Shown: piece after piece, positions 9,721 to 20,162 of the stretch
How positions within the stretch are numbered: the first letter of the stretch is position 1
How the letters are laid out: each line of letters opens with the position of its first letter
Origin: Gammaproteobacteria bacterium
GTDB taxonomy: Bacteria; Pseudomonadota; Gammaproteobacteria; Eutrophobiales; Eutrophobiaceae
Assembly: GCA_018676275.1 (NCBI GenBank)
Contig: JABHFC010000098.1
Span: 1-40,161, forward strand
Reading direction: 5' to 3'
Length of the DNA stretch: 40,161 nt
The notes under the pieces: generated by a model
Told to the model about the DNA's origin: nothing
Seen by the model: only the letters and a program-made list of their open reading frames with translations
Database searches by the model: none
Position numbers and translations under genes: made by a program

Positions 9721-9940
9721 ATTTTAAAATATTGACTCATATTTTTTATTCCTGTTTCTCGGCATGGTTCTATTAGTAGCCACTTTCATCTAATCTTTTC
9801 TAATTAGTCAACATTCTGTTCACTGGCAAGCTCAAGATTAGTCCAGTGCTAATACCCTGGTAGTTATGTAAGAGGTACTCTGGATCTGTAAAAATACGGA
9901 TGATTGTTATCATTCAGATTTTATAAATGAAAATACTCGC

Positions 9941-10663
9941 ATGATAAACACGGTTCAAAGCATCCCGCTTTTCAATCTGGCAATAGCTTTTGTTCCTGCC
10001 TTTGCTGTCCTTCTTATTCTTGCTAAATGGTCTTTAAACGCCAGCAATGCACTTCATGCGATAATACGTATGTTGATCCAGTTACTGATCATTGGTTATT
10101 TTCTCACTTATATTTTTGAAGCAAAACATGCCTGGGTAATTCTGTTTATTTTGACTGCAATGGTTTTAGCGTCAAGTTGGATAGCACTGGGCACAATAAA
10201 GTCTATTCGATATCTGCTATTTAAACATGCCTTTCTATCCATCGCGTTTGGTGGCGGCATTACTCTGGCGCTAATCACACAGGGAGTTCTCGTACTTAAG
10301 CCCTGGTATCTACCACAGCTTATGATTCCACTTGCAGGAATGATATTTGCGAATTCAATGAATAGCATTAGTCTTGCTGCTGAACGACTCAATGCTGAAT
10401 TGGAAAGGAATGTGCCATATAACGAGGCACGTAACATCGCACTCCATGCAGCTCTGATTCCTATAATCAATTCATTGTTTGCTGTAGGACTTGTTTCCCT
10501 GCCGGGCATGATGACAGGGCAAATATTATCTGGTGTTTCTCCCCTGATAGCTATCAGGTATCAAATTATGGTGATGTGTATGATATTCGGATCATCGGGC
10601 ATTTCTGCGGCCTGTTTTTTAATGTTAGCCAAACCTGTCTTTGAAAAAAGCCGGAGTAATTAA
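9941..10663 (+). CDS. UPF0014 / FetB(YbbM)-like ABC transporter permease
   Basis: RMLIQLLIIGYFL, PWYLPQLMIPLAGMIFANSMN, VGLVSLPGMMTGQILSGVSPLIAIRYQIMVM signature motifs. Confidence 0.9.
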   Translation: MINTVQSIPLFNLAIAFVPAFAVLLILAKWSLNASNALHAIIRMLIQLLIIGYFLTYIFEAKHAWVILFILTAMVLASSWIALGTIKSIRYLLFKHAFLSIAFGGGITLALITQGVLVLKPWYLPQLMIPLAGMIFANSMNSISLAAERLNAELERNVPYNEARNIALHAALIPIINSLFAVGLVSLPGMMTGQILSGVSPLIAIRYQIMVMCMIFGSSGISAACFLMLAKPVFEKSRSN

Positions 10664-10841
10664 CACAGGAATGTATGTAGGTTAAGACAGGTAGCTAGTA
10701 ATAATTGCATATAGCTGGCAGGTTTGAACTAATAAATTTTACAATCCTCCTTATTTTTCATTTATATTTGCGAGATTGTCCTATAATCCAGCAATAGTCC
10801 GGGCAGATAAAATATTAATTGCTTAATCAGGAGTCAATTTA

Positions 10842-11087
10842 ATGTCAGATAACGATGATCAAACCCAAGCCACTATTGCAAAAACACTATGGTCGGAAAC
10901 TCTAATAGAGCTGCTGATTGTTTCATTAGAGAAAAACCTTTCTGACGAGAAAATTGTAGAGCTATTGAAAGATCTTAAACAAAAGAAATTTAAACCAGAT
11001 TATATTGTCAGGAAGGTATCAAAGAGCCTCGGTGAAAAACAAGCCAACAGGGTTAAACTACTACTACCCAAAACCTTGAGTCGATGA
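10842..11087 (+). CDS. Hypothetical small Lys-rich protein (81 aa)
   Basis: AGGAG SD 8 nt upstream of ATG, fills an otherwise empty intergenic space, amphipathic-helix-like composition; no family recognised. Confidence 0.65.
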   Translation: MSDNDDQTQATIAKTLWSETLIELLIVSLEKNLSDEKIVELLKDLKQKKFKPDYIVRKVSKSLGEKQANRVKLLLPKTLSR

Positions 11088-11145
11088 TCGCTTAAAACCT
11101 CTTTTACAATGGCTTTAACCCGGTTGTATTAGAATGTAATTCAAC

Positions 11146-12591
11146 TCAGACTGGTGCTGGCAAATCTGAGCTTCCCATCAAATAATCGTCAATCCCTCTG
11201 GCTGCGCTCCTGCCCTCGGCTATAGCCCAAACGATCAAGCTCTGTCCTCGCTGCATATCGCCTGCAGTAAAAACACCTTTAACGTTCGTCATCCAGGTCT
11301 TTTTATCTGCAATAATATTGCCACGTGCATCCAGTTCAAGACCCAGTTGTTCAAGCATGCCCGGTTTTTCCGGACCGAGGAAGCCCATGGCCAGGAAGGC
11401 GAGATCACAGGGTAGTTCCTGTTCACTGCCGGCGACTTCTTCGAAACTCATTCGTCCGTCAACATTCTTCATTTCTACATTTACCAGCTGCAGTGCCTTA
11501 ACATTGCCATTGCCATCATCAACAAAGCGTTTGGTATTCACAGAATAAACTCGTTCGACACCTTCTTCATGAGCAGAAGCTGTCCTGAAAATACGAGGCC
11601 ATTCCGGCCAGGGGTTATCTTCAGGTCTTGATGATGGTGGTTTCGGCATGATTTCCAATTGATGTACAGATGCACAACCTTGTCGGTTTGCTGTGCCTAA
11701 ACAATCGGCACCGGTATCGCCACCGCCGATGATTACAACATGCTTGCCTTCAGCATTAATAAAGTTATCCGGTTTATCGTCTCCTTCACACAGCCTGTTC
11801 TGCATTGGCAGGTATTCCATCGCCTGGTAAATACCTTTTAACTCACGACCTTCTGCGGGTAAGTCGCGGGCAGCACAAGCGCCTCCTGTTAATAACAGGG
11901 CGTCAAAATCATTTTGTAATTGTTCAACAGGAATATTATCACCGACATGCGCATTGGTTTTGAAGGTAACACCTTCAGCTTCCATTTGTTTCATCCTTCG
12001 ATCAATCTGACTCTTTTCCATTTTGAATTCTGGAATCCCGTAGCGTAGCAAGCCACCAATACGATCTGCCCGTTCAAATACTGTCACATCATGACCTGCC
12101 CTGGCCAGTTGCTGTGCCGCTGCCAGACCAGCCGGACCCGAACCAACGATGGCAACTTTCTTGCCGGTTTTTGTCTCAGCAATTTCGGGTTTAATCCAGC
12201 CGTTCTCCCAGGCCTTATCAATAATCGACAGTTCCACCGCTTTAATAGTAACGGGATCCTCATTTATACCTAATACACAGGAACCTTCGCATGGTGCCGG
12301 ACACAGGGTGCCGGTAAATTCGGGAAAATTATTGGTCGCATGCAAACGTTGAATCGCTTCATTCCATTGATCACGATATACGAGATCATTCCAGTCAGGG
12401 ATCATATTGCCCAGCGGGCAACCTTGATGACAGAAAGGAATACCACAATCCATACAGCGTGATGCCTGGGTTTTTAGAGGTTCAACAGGCCACGGTTGCA
12501 TGACTTGCCGGAAATCTTTCAAGCGTTCTTCTACCGGACGATAGGGTTGTTTTTCCCTGTCAAATTCAATGAAACCCGTTATTTTACCCAT
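11146..12591 (-). CDS. gltD: Glutamate synthase small (beta) subunit
   Basis: [18 protein letters not shown] Fe-S motif, [21 protein letters not shown] site, [23 protein letters not shown]. Confidence 0.97.
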   Translation of the reverse strand: MGKITGFIEFDREKQPYRPVEERLKDFRQVMQPWPVEPLKTQASRCMDCGIPFCHQGCPLGNMIPDWNDLVYRDQWNEAIQRLHATNNFPEFTGTLCPAPCEGSCVLGINEDPVTIKAVELSIIDKAWENGWIKPEIAETKTGKKVAIVGSGPAGLAAAQQLARAGHDVTVFERADRIGGLLRYGIPEFKMEKSQIDRRMKQMEAEGVTFKTNAHVGDNIPVEQLQNDFDALLLTGGACAARDLPAEGRELKGIYQAMEYLPMQNRLCEGDDKPDNFINAEGKHVVIIGGGDTGADCLGTANRQGCASVHQLEIMPKPPSSRPEDNPWPEWPRIFRTASAHEEGVERVYSVNTKRFVDDGNGNVKALQLVNVEMKNVDGRMSFEEVAGSEQELPCDLAFLAMGFLGPEKPGMLEQLGLELDARGNIIADKKTWMTNVKGVFTAGDMQRGQSLIVWAIAEGRSAARGIDDYLMGSSDLPAPV

Positions 12592-15500
12592 GAGCTGCCT
12601 CCATTACCGCATCATCTACTGATGTGCCCTCTTCTTTTGCCTTTTTGATCGCGGCTAGAACACGTTTGTAGTCTGTTGGCATTACCTTGACAAATCTGGA
12701 CTGATAATAGTCCCAGTTATCGAGAATATTTTTCGCTACAGTACTTTGAGTATATTGAACATGCCTGGTCAACAAGGTTTTCACAATGTCCAAGTCTTCG
12801 TCTTCACTGAGTGACTCCAGGTCAACCATGCCCTGGTTACAACGAATATCAAAATCACCTTTTTCATCGAGAACATAAGCGATACCGCCAGACATTCCCG
12901 CGGCAAAATTACGACCGGTATTTCCAATAATTACAACGCGACCACCGGTCATGTATTCACAACCATGATCACCGATCCCCTCAACAACGGTATGCACGCC
13001 ACTGTTACGAACACAGAAACGTTCTCCTGCAATCCCCCGGAAATAAGCTTCACCTTGAGTTGCACCATAGAGCAAGACATTACCGACCAGGATGTTATCT
13101 TCAGGGACAAAAGTGGAATGACGTGGCGGATAAACGATAATTTTGCCACCGGACAGGCCCTTACCAAGATAGTCGTTAGCGTCACCTTCAAGTGTTAATG
13201 TCACGCCTTTAGGTATGAACGCGCCAAAACTCATCCCAGCGGAACCATTAAAATGAATGTTCACTGTATCTTCCGGCAGACCTTCTCCGCCATAACGTTT
13301 AGTGATGTTATAACCAAGAATGGTACCAACTGTTCTATTGGTATTTAAAACCGGCAGGATAATATCAACCGGCTTTTTGTTTTCCAGTGCATCCTTACAC
13401 AAGGGAACAATGGTTGTTACATCGAGGGATTGATCCAGACCATGATCCTGGCTATTAACGCAGTAAACTTCATCACCGGGACGGGGTTCCGGCTTGTATA
13501 GTATGTTTGAAAAATCAAGCCCCTGTGCTTTCCAATGATCAACTGCTTTTTTCATTTCCAGTCTATCAACCTGACCAATCATTTCGTCAATTGTTCGAAA
13601 ACCCAATTCAGCCATATACTCACGCACTTCTTCAGCAATGTATTTAAAGAAGTTTTCAACAAACTCAGGCGTGCCGGTAAATTTCTTTCTTAATTCAGGG
13701 TTTTGTGTTGCTACGCCCACGGGGCAGGTATTCAAATGACAGACACGCATCATTACACAGCCCATAACCACAAGTGGTGCAGTAGAGAATCCAAATTCTT
13801 CTGCTCCCATTAGTGCTGCAACAATGACATCACGTCCAGTCTTTAACTGACCGTCAGCCTGTACCACAATGCGATCCCGCAAACCGTTTTGTACCAATAC
13901 CTGTTGAGTTTCAGCCAGACCAAGTTCCCAGGGTAAACCTGCATGCTTCAATGAGCTTATCGGTGAAGCACCTGTGCCTCCATCGTAACCAGAGATAAGT
14001 ACCACGTCAGAATGTGCTTTAGCCACACCGGCTGCAACCGTACCCACGCCAACCTCTGCCACCAGTTTCACATGCACTCGTGCTTCAGGATTGGAGTTCT
14101 TTAAGTCATGAATAAGCTGTGCCAGATCTTCAATAGAATAAATATCATGGTGCGGTGGTGGCGATATCAATCCAACCCCTGCAGTAGAGTGTCGTACTTT
14201 TGCTATCCAGGGATAGACTTTAGGACCAGGTAATTGACCTCCTTCACCCGGTTTTGCCCCTTGTGCCATCTTGATCTGTAAATCATCTGCATTTGCCAGG
14301 TATTCGCTTGTTACACCAAAGCGACCCGAGGCAACCTGTTTAATTGAACTCCTTCTCGAGTCTCCATTAGCGTCGGGCGTAAAACGGTCAGGGTCTTCGC
14401 CACCTTCGCCGGTATTAGATTTTCCGCCGATTCGATTCATGGCAATCGCCAGCGTTTCGTGTGCTTCCTGACTTATTGAGCCATATGACATGGCACCGGT
14501 CGAAAAGCGTTTCATTATATTTTCGATCGGTTCAACTTCATCTAAAGGAATCGACTTGTTTGAATTCTTGAATTCGAATAAGCCTCTAAGCGTAGCAATA
14601 TGTTCGTTTTGATCGTCTACCAGTGAAGTATATTCTTTGAAAATCTGGTACTGCCCTGAACGCGTAGCATGTTGCAGTTTAAAAACAGTATCAGGATTGA
14701 AAAGATGATATTCCCCATCACGTCGCCATTGATACTCTCCACCCCATTCCAGTTCAGGACGTTGAACCTGTCGATCCGGAAAGGCATTGTGATGACGTAA
14801 GCTCATTTCTTCTGCAACCACATCCAGGCCGATTCCGCCGATACGGGATGCTGTCCAGGTGAAATACTTATCCACGAAATCTTTGTCAAGACCAATGGCT
14901 TCAAAAATCTGTGCGCCACGATAGGATTGAACTGTTGATACCCCCATCTTTGCCATGATTTTGGTCAGGCCTTTGTTTACAGCCTTGATAAAATTCTGAA
15001 TTGCCTTTTCATGTGACATATCCGGAACATGTCCAGATCCAATCAAATCCCCTAATGACTCAAAAGCGAGGTAAGGATTAACACAACCGACGCCATAACC
15101 TAATAATACCGCGAAGTGATGAACCTCACGTGGCTCTCCCGATTCCAGAACCAGACTTATTTGTGTGCGCGTTCCCTTTCTTACAAGGTAATGATGTACT
15201 CCGGCTGTCGCTAATAATGCCGGTATCGGTGCGTGATCTTTATCAATATCACGGTCCGATAAAATAATGTAGGTAAAACCTTCCGCAAGTGCTGCATCTG
15301 CCGCTTCACAAACTTCTGCCAAGGCCTTATCCAGCCCTGCTCCGCCTTCAGCGACCGGATAAACAATCGGGATTACTTTTGTCTTAAAGCCCGGTAAATC
15401 AACGTCGCGAATTCGCGCTAGTTCTTCATTAGTGATAACCGGGGAATTCAAACTAATCTGACGACAATGCTGCGGGCCTGCTTCTAAAAGATTACCTTCT

Positions 15501-17149
15501 GGCCCAATAGATGAGCCGACCTGAGTAACCAGTTCTTCACGAATACCATCCAGCGGTGGATTCGTGACCTGTGCAAATAGCTGTTTGAAATAGTCATATA
15601 ACAAACGTGAACGGTTCGATAATACTGCAAGCGCTGTATCCGTTCCCATTGAACCAGTTGGTTCCATACCTTTAGCTGCCATTGGTGCCATAAGAATTTT
15701 CAGATCTTCATGGGTATACCCAAAAGCCTGCTGACGCAGTAGCAATGTTTCCGGATCTGTACCATGAGTCTGCTTGGGCTGTGGCAGGTTTTCAATTGGT
15801 ACCATGTTCTTTTTCAGCCACTCGCCATAAGGATGTTCCCTGGCAAAAGTTTCCTTCAGCTCTGCATCATCAATGATTCGACCCTGTTTTGTGTCGACCA
15901 TAAAAATACGACCGGGATGCAAACGTTCTTTAACTAATACATTTTCAGGAGCTATATCAAGCACACCAACTTCCGATGCCATGATCACTCTGTCATCTTT
16001 TGTCACATAATAACGTGAAGGACGCAGACCATTTCTATCCAGCACGGCTCCGATAACTTCTCCATCAGTGAATGCGACGGAAGCGGGCCCATCCCATGGC
16101 TCCATCAGACAAGAATGATATTCGTAAAAAGCACGACGCTCTTCATCCATCGTTTCGTGTCCTGACCAGGCCTCCGGGATCATCATTAATATCGCATGCG
16201 GTAATGGGCGCCCGGCCATATGCAAAAATTCCATCACATTATCGAAAGTTGCAGAGTCGCTACCTCCTTCGATTACAACCGGAAACAGCTTCTTTAAGTC
16301 CTCACCAAACAATTCCGACTCACATAGAGCTTCGCGTGCGCGCATCCAGTTTGCATTTCCTCGAGCAGTATTTATTTCACCATTATGTGCCACGTAACGG
16401 AAAGGGTGAGCCAATTTCCAGGCGGGAAAAGTGTTTGTGGAAAATCGCTGATGCACCAGTGCCATAGCCGATTCAACATCAGGATCGCAAATATCCGGGA
16501 ACATGGGCTCAAGCTGAGTGCCGGTTAACATGCCCTTGTAGACAAAAGTACGATATGACAGTGATGGAACGTAGAACAATTCCTGTTCCGACATACCAGA
16601 ATTCCAAATGGCATATTCGCTGCGCTTGCGTATTACATATAATTTACGTTCAAGTGAGGCTGCATCCTTTACATTCGCTCCTCGACCGATAAAAATTTGT
16701 TTGAACGCAGGCTCTCCAGCCAATGCTGTAGGACCAACCATGGAGTCATCAACAGGAACATCACGCCAGCCCAGTACTACCTGGCCTTCTTCCTCTACTA
16801 TCTTGTTAAATATTTCCTGACACTGTGCAGACTGCTCTGCGTCTTTTGGCAAAAAAACCAGGCCCGCACCGTAATCTTCATCGGCAGGAAGATCGATGCC
16901 CAGTTTGCTGCATTCTCTTTGAAAAAACTTATGCGGCTTCTGGATAAGAATACCAACACCATCGCCAGTGTTTTCTTCACAACCACAAGCGCCCCGATGC
17001 AGAAGGTTTTTTAATATTGTTAAAGCATCACTAACTATTTGATGCGACTTGCGACCTTTGATATCAACAACGAAGCCAACGCCACATGCGTCATGCTCCT
17101 GGGCAGGATCATAGAGACCTTCTTTTTCGTGGCCGACAAATTTTCTCAT
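12584..17149 (-). CDS. gltB: Glutamate synthase large (alpha) subunit
   Basis: HDACGVG (catalytic Cys), [31 protein letters not shown]-type motif, [40 protein letters not shown]. Confidence 0.98.
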   Translation of the reverse strand: MRKFVGHEKEGLYDPAQEHDACGVGFVVDIKGRKSHQIVSDALTILKNLLHRGACGCEENTGDGVGILIQKPHKFFQRECSKLGIDLPADEDYGAGLVFLPKDAEQSAQCQEIFNKIVEEEGQVVLGWRDVPVDDSMVGPTALAGEPAFKQIFIGRGANVKDAASLERKLYVIRKRSEYAIWNSGMSEQELFYVPSLSYRTFVYKGMLTGTQLEPMFPDICDPDVESAMALVHQRFSTNTFPAWKLAHPFRYVAHNGEINTARGNANWMRAREALCESELFGEDLKKLFPVVIEGGSDSATFDNVMEFLHMAGRPLPHAILMMIPEAWSGHETMDEERRAFYEYHSCLMEPWDGPASVAFTDGEVIGAVLDRNGLRPSRYYVTKDDRVIMASEVGVLDIAPENVLVKERLHPGRIFMVDTKQGRIIDDAELKETFAREHPYGEWLKKNMVPIENLPQPKQTHGTDPETLLLRQQAFGYTHEDLKILMAPMAAKGMEPTGSMGTDTALAVLSNRSRLLYDYFKQLFAQVTNPPLDGIREELVTQVGSSIGPEGNLLEAGPQHCRQISLNSPVITNEELARIRDVDLPGFKTKVIPIVYPVAEGGAGLDKALAEVCEAADAALAEGFTYIILSDRDIDKDHAPIPALLATAGVHHYLVRKGTRTQISLVLESGEPREVHHFAVLLGYGVGCVNPYLAFESLGDLIGSGHVPDMSHEKAIQNFIKAVNKGLTKIMAKMGVSTVQSYRGAQIFEAIGLDKDFVDKYFTWTASRIGGIGLDVVAEEMSLRHHNAFPDRQVQRPELEWGGEYQWRRDGEYHLFNPDTVFKLQHATRSGQYQIFKEYTSLVDDQNEHIATLRGLFEFKNSNKSIPLDEVEPIENIMKRFSTGAMSYGSISQEAHETLAIAMNRIGGKSNTGEGGEDPDRFTPDANGDSRRSSIKQVASGRFGVTSEYLANADDLQIKMAQGAKPGEGGQLPGPKVYPWIAKVRHSTAGVGLISPPPHHDIYSIEDLAQLIHDLKNSNPEARVHVKLVAEVGVGTVAAGVAKAHSDVVLISGYDGGTGASPISSLKHAGLPWELGLAETQQVLVQNGLRDRIVVQADGQLKTGRDVIVAALMGAEEFGFSTAPLVVMGCVMMRVCHLNTCPVGVATQNPELRKKFTGTPEFVENFFKYIAEEVREYMAELGFRTIDEMIGQVDRLEMKKAVDHWKAQGLDFSNILYKPEPRPGDEVYCVNSQDHGLDQSLDVTTIVPLCKDALENKKPVDIILPVLNTNRTVGTILGYNITKRYGGEGLPEDTVNIHFNGSAGMSFGAFIPKGVTLTLEGDANDYLGKGLSGGKIIVYPPRHSTFVPEDNILVGNVLLYGATQGEAYFRGIAGERFCVRNSGVHTVVEGIGDHGCEYMTGGRVVIIGNTGRNFAAGMSGGIAYVLDEKGDFDIRCNQGMVDLESLSEDEDLDIVKTLLTRHVQYTQSTVAKNILDNWDYYQSRFVKVMPTDYKRVLAAIKKAKEEGTSVDDAVMEAAHG

Positions 17150-17198
17150 ACTGAATACACCATAATGACTTTGAATTAGTTCGCAGAAAACTGAATGA

Positions 17199-17270
17199 TC
17201 TGGAATATCCCGAGGACACTATCCAGAAGAACACTTGTTCACACCCCCTCGGCGTGAAACTGTGTCTCTT
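17199..17270 (-). promoter_or_regulatory. Two adjacent stem-loops in the gltB 5' leader (candidate cis-regulatory RNA)
   Basis: Minus strand: AAGA(G)ACAC..TTCACGCC-loop-GGTGTGAA..GTGTTCTT, then TCTGGA..GTGTCC-TCG-GGATAT-TCCAGA. The G-U wobble pairs form only on the minus strand. Confidence 0.45.
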
Positions 17271-17294
17271 TTTCTAAAAGCAAAAAGGAGCAGG

Positions 17295-17323
17295 ATTATA
17301 ATAAAGCCACCAGCTTATGTCAC
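17295..17323 (-). promoter_or_regulatory. Sigma70-type promoter for gltBD
   Basis: Minus strand GTGACA - 17 nt - TATAAT, about 145 nt upstream of the gltB ATG. Confidence 0.65.
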
Positions 17324-17443
17324 GGTGCAACATATCATGAGATTAAACATATCTCTGCATTTAGATACATTTAATGATAATTGTGTTGTTTTACGATCTT
17401 TTAGAGGATTTTAGGGGCTTTTATTATTCAAATATTGTCTCTG

Positions 17444-18976
17444 TTACTCAGTTTTGATTGCCTTATGTATGCTGGATATCGACTTTGCCCAGGGCTTGCC
17501 CTGCTGAACATCCTTCGACAAGCTGCTAATCGCTGCCCGCGCTTCTTCGCGGTCAGAATAAAGTCCATAGACAAGAACATGCCAGGGTTTATCCGCTTGC
17601 ATTGCCTGGTATAGCGACAGCTGTTTATGGTCCAGTTGAGCACCATTCAGGAAGCGTCTAATAGTTGTCATTTCCATGGCACCGATTAGCTGTATCACGT
17701 AGTGATCACTTGATTGTTGCCGTAACCACTCGTGGCCTCGAATTTCAGAACTCGTTATTTCTATTTTTGTTGTTGTTCTCTGTAAATCCTGCTGTTCCGA
17801 TTTCGCTTCTGTTAGCGCTGGTACGTCTGATTGGTTTAATCCTGGCACCGCAGCTCCGGCACTTTCCGTATGACTGAGCTTTAAGACATCCGGAATATTA
17901 ACTGTCGAATCCAATTCATTCTTAGTCGCTACTTCTACTTTTTCTTCAATCACCTCAGCTTCCAAACTACTCTGCGCCAAAGATATTGGCTCACTCTTGT
18001 TCAATTCATCTGTATTTTTGCTGGAAACAGAAAATTGTTTTTCAGGTAGTCTCAATGATATTTGCTCCGCATTAATCGATTCGTCTTCCTGTAAATACGA
18101 CCAAACGTAGATAATAATAAAAGTTATTAGCAAACAGGCTATGACGACTAAGCCTTTGTTTCGAGCTCCATCAGTATTTTTTTTGCCGGTCTTTGATGAA
18201 AGTATCTTCATATCCAGGTTTGCGGGATCACTTAAACCCTGTCTTGCAAGAAAGCTTATGTTCCCGGCCAGGCCGCCAGACACTTTATGAATTCTACTAA
18301 TTTCCTTATCCGAGAACGTATCTTCTTTACCGCCACAAACAGCCAGAAGATAATGCAGGTAAGCTGTTGTTTCATTCAAATCAAAGCTGGGTATATTAAT
18401 TGTATGAACAAGACCAGTATTGGAGCTTTCATCTGCAATTTCATTAATTCTCTGTAATAACGAGTCTTGCCCTATAAGCACAATCCTAATGAATGTATTT
18501 TTCTCTTTAAAACTCATAAGCTGAAAAATAAAACGTAAAGTCTTCTCATTGAGCTTATCTGCATCATCAATAAACAGTATTGGAATTTTCCCAATAAGAT
18601 TGCAGTGACTGAGATGCTTGTTTATCAGCGCGATAGATTCAGATGTATCATCTGTGTCATTCTGATGTTCCCTTAACATTGATTTAACTAATATGTCAGG
18701 GTCAATTTTTGGGGTCGCATCAATTCGACAAGCTAACCAGTCATCATCGGCTGTAACCACGAGATGTTGAGCAAATAATGTCTTGCCAACTTTTTCACGC
18801 CCTTTAATTAACAGCACTTGTTGACTGACCTGCAGTAAATGTTTGATCAAATCCAATCGGTGCTGGGTTTCAGCGGAAGTGAAAAATAGTTCTTTACTGT
18901 ATTTGTTCTGAAATGGATCTTGTGTCAGAGCTAATATCTTGAAATAGTCGTCCGGGGTGAGTGATTGTCTGGCCAT
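17444..18976 (-). CDS. ExeA-like AAA ATPase with TM segment and C-terminal SPOR domain (DamX-like fusion)
   Basis: DPF N-terminal motif, Walker A GREKVGKT, Walker B ILFIDDAD, SGGLAG, one TM, low-complexity linker, then WL...HYVIQLIG...WHVLVYGLYSDREEARAAISSL...KPWAKS (DamX-type SPOR). Sits between aroB and gltB as in Pseudomonas. Confidence 0.85.
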   Translation of the reverse strand: MARQSLTPDDYFKILALTQDPFQNKYSKELFFTSAETQHRLDLIKHLLQVSQQVLLIKGREKVGKTLFAQHLVVTADDDWLACRIDATPKIDPDILVKSMLREHQNDTDDTSESIALINKHLSHCNLIGKIPILFIDDADKLNEKTLRFIFQLMSFKEKNTFIRIVLIGQDSLLQRINEIADESSNTGLVHTINIPSFDLNETTAYLHYLLAVCGGKEDTFSDKEISRIHKVSGGLAGNISFLARQGLSDPANLDMKILSSKTGKKNTDGARNKGLVVIACLLITFIIIYVWSYLQEDESINAEQISLRLPEKQFSVSSKNTDELNKSEPISLAQSSLEAEVIEEKVEVATKNELDSTVNIPDVLKLSHTESAGAAVPGLNQSDVPALTEAKSEQQDLQRTTTKIEITSSEIRGHEWLRQQSSDHYVIQLIGAMEMTTIRRFLNGAQLDHKQLSLYQAMQADKPWHVLVYGLYSDREEARAAISSLSKDVQQGKPWAKSISSIHKAIKTE

Positions 18977-19050
18977 ACTTACCTATTTTTTAAGAATTAC
19001 CACAGGCGGGTAATACGACAGGTAGGTTGAAATACCTGTTAAACATACTC

Positions 19051-20136
19051 TTAGAGGTCTTCTGTCGGACCAACCGTCTCTTTTGGCTCCATACTCAACA
19101 CATATGATAGTTGCAATGAAAGAGGCTCATAGATTATTAATGCCCTTCCCTGTGCATCATCTTGCTGAATTACTGAAGACTGATCCTCTTCAACAATAGT
19201 TAACAGGTTTTCAGTGTTTGTAGCTTCTACTGACTTATCCTGGATTTCATCTAATAATGACTGACGAGCTTCTTTCAAAACACCATTCTCGTAATATTGA
19301 TATCCGGCAAACGATACTAAAAGCAAAATCAGTATGAAAGTGATACCTCCATAACTTTTACCGCTTATGTCCTTGTTCAGGTTTGCCTGCATTAGTTGAC
19401 GGGCCAAAATATTAACACCGCCTGGTAAGCCCCCACTGGCTTTATGTAAATATTCTATTTCACTTTCTGTAAATGGTATTTCAATGTTATCCCCGCATGA
19501 AGAAAATCTATATTTTAAATAAGCTCCAATTTGATCTTTCGTAAAGCAGGGCATAGAAAGGGTATCAATTGTCCCTTCGGCTAGTTCCTTTAAGCCAGGT
19601 TTGGAAATAGTCTCTGTTATTGACTCATTTGCGAAAAAGATAAACCTGAAAAACGCATCGTTGTAACGTAGATCGGCTAATTGAAGAAGAAACTGCAGGG
19701 TGCCGAATGATAATTTATGAGCATCATCTATAACAATCACAGGCACTACTTTTTCCTGATAAGACTGTTCAAGATATTTGTGCATCATGCTAATTGATTG
19801 GGGAGCACCAATTTCCTTTTCAGGCAATAATTGTTGAATGATTGAATGTGCAATTGATTCTGGTTCTGAGTCAGAATTGGCTATAGTAAAACTTACTTGC
19901 CAATCTTTCTCTTTCAATATAAGCAATTTCTGAGCGAGTAAGGATTTCCCTGCTCCTGAGACGGAATTGATAAGTAGCGCTTTTTCGCTGGCCTTTATAT
20001 GCTGCTTTGCTTCTTTAAGCCTTCGATTTATTTCCGGCGTCAGGTAAATATTTTTATCGATAACATCCAGTGGGAAAGGATCTTTATCCAATCCGTATTC
20101 GAGGTAATATTTATTTTCAGAAATTGAATTTTTCAT
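19051..20136 (-). CDS. ExeA-like AAA-domain membrane protein lacking SPOR
   Basis: YGLDKDPF, variant Walker A SVSGAGKS, Walker B VIVIDDAH, YLKYRF, SGGLPGGVN, TM near residue 265, short periplasmic tail. Confidence 0.8.
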   Translation of the reverse strand: MKNSISENKYYLEYGLDKDPFPLDVIDKNIYLTPEINRRLKEAKQHIKASEKALLINSVSGAGKSLLAQKLLILKEKDWQVSFTIANSDSEPESIAHSIIQQLLPEKEIGAPQSISMMHKYLEQSYQEKVVPVIVIDDAHKLSFGTLQFLLQLADLRYNDAFFRFIFFANESITETISKPGLKELAEGTIDTLSMPCFTKDQIGAYLKYRFSSCGDNIEIPFTESEIEYLHKASGGLPGGVNILARQLMQANLNKDISGKSYGGITFILILLLVSFAGYQYYENGVLKEARQSLLDEIQDKSVEATNTENLLTIVEEDQSSVIQQDDAQGRALIIYEPLSLQLSYVLSMEPKETVGPTEDL

Positions 20137-20162
20137 GTCGAAAAAAATATTTTTACCAAGGT

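Noticed and set aside
11318-17014. Short alternative-frame and antisense ORFs inside gltBD (and similarly inside pil, ponA, priA)
   Set aside because: Fully nested in well-supported conserved CDSs and without independent coding signals.
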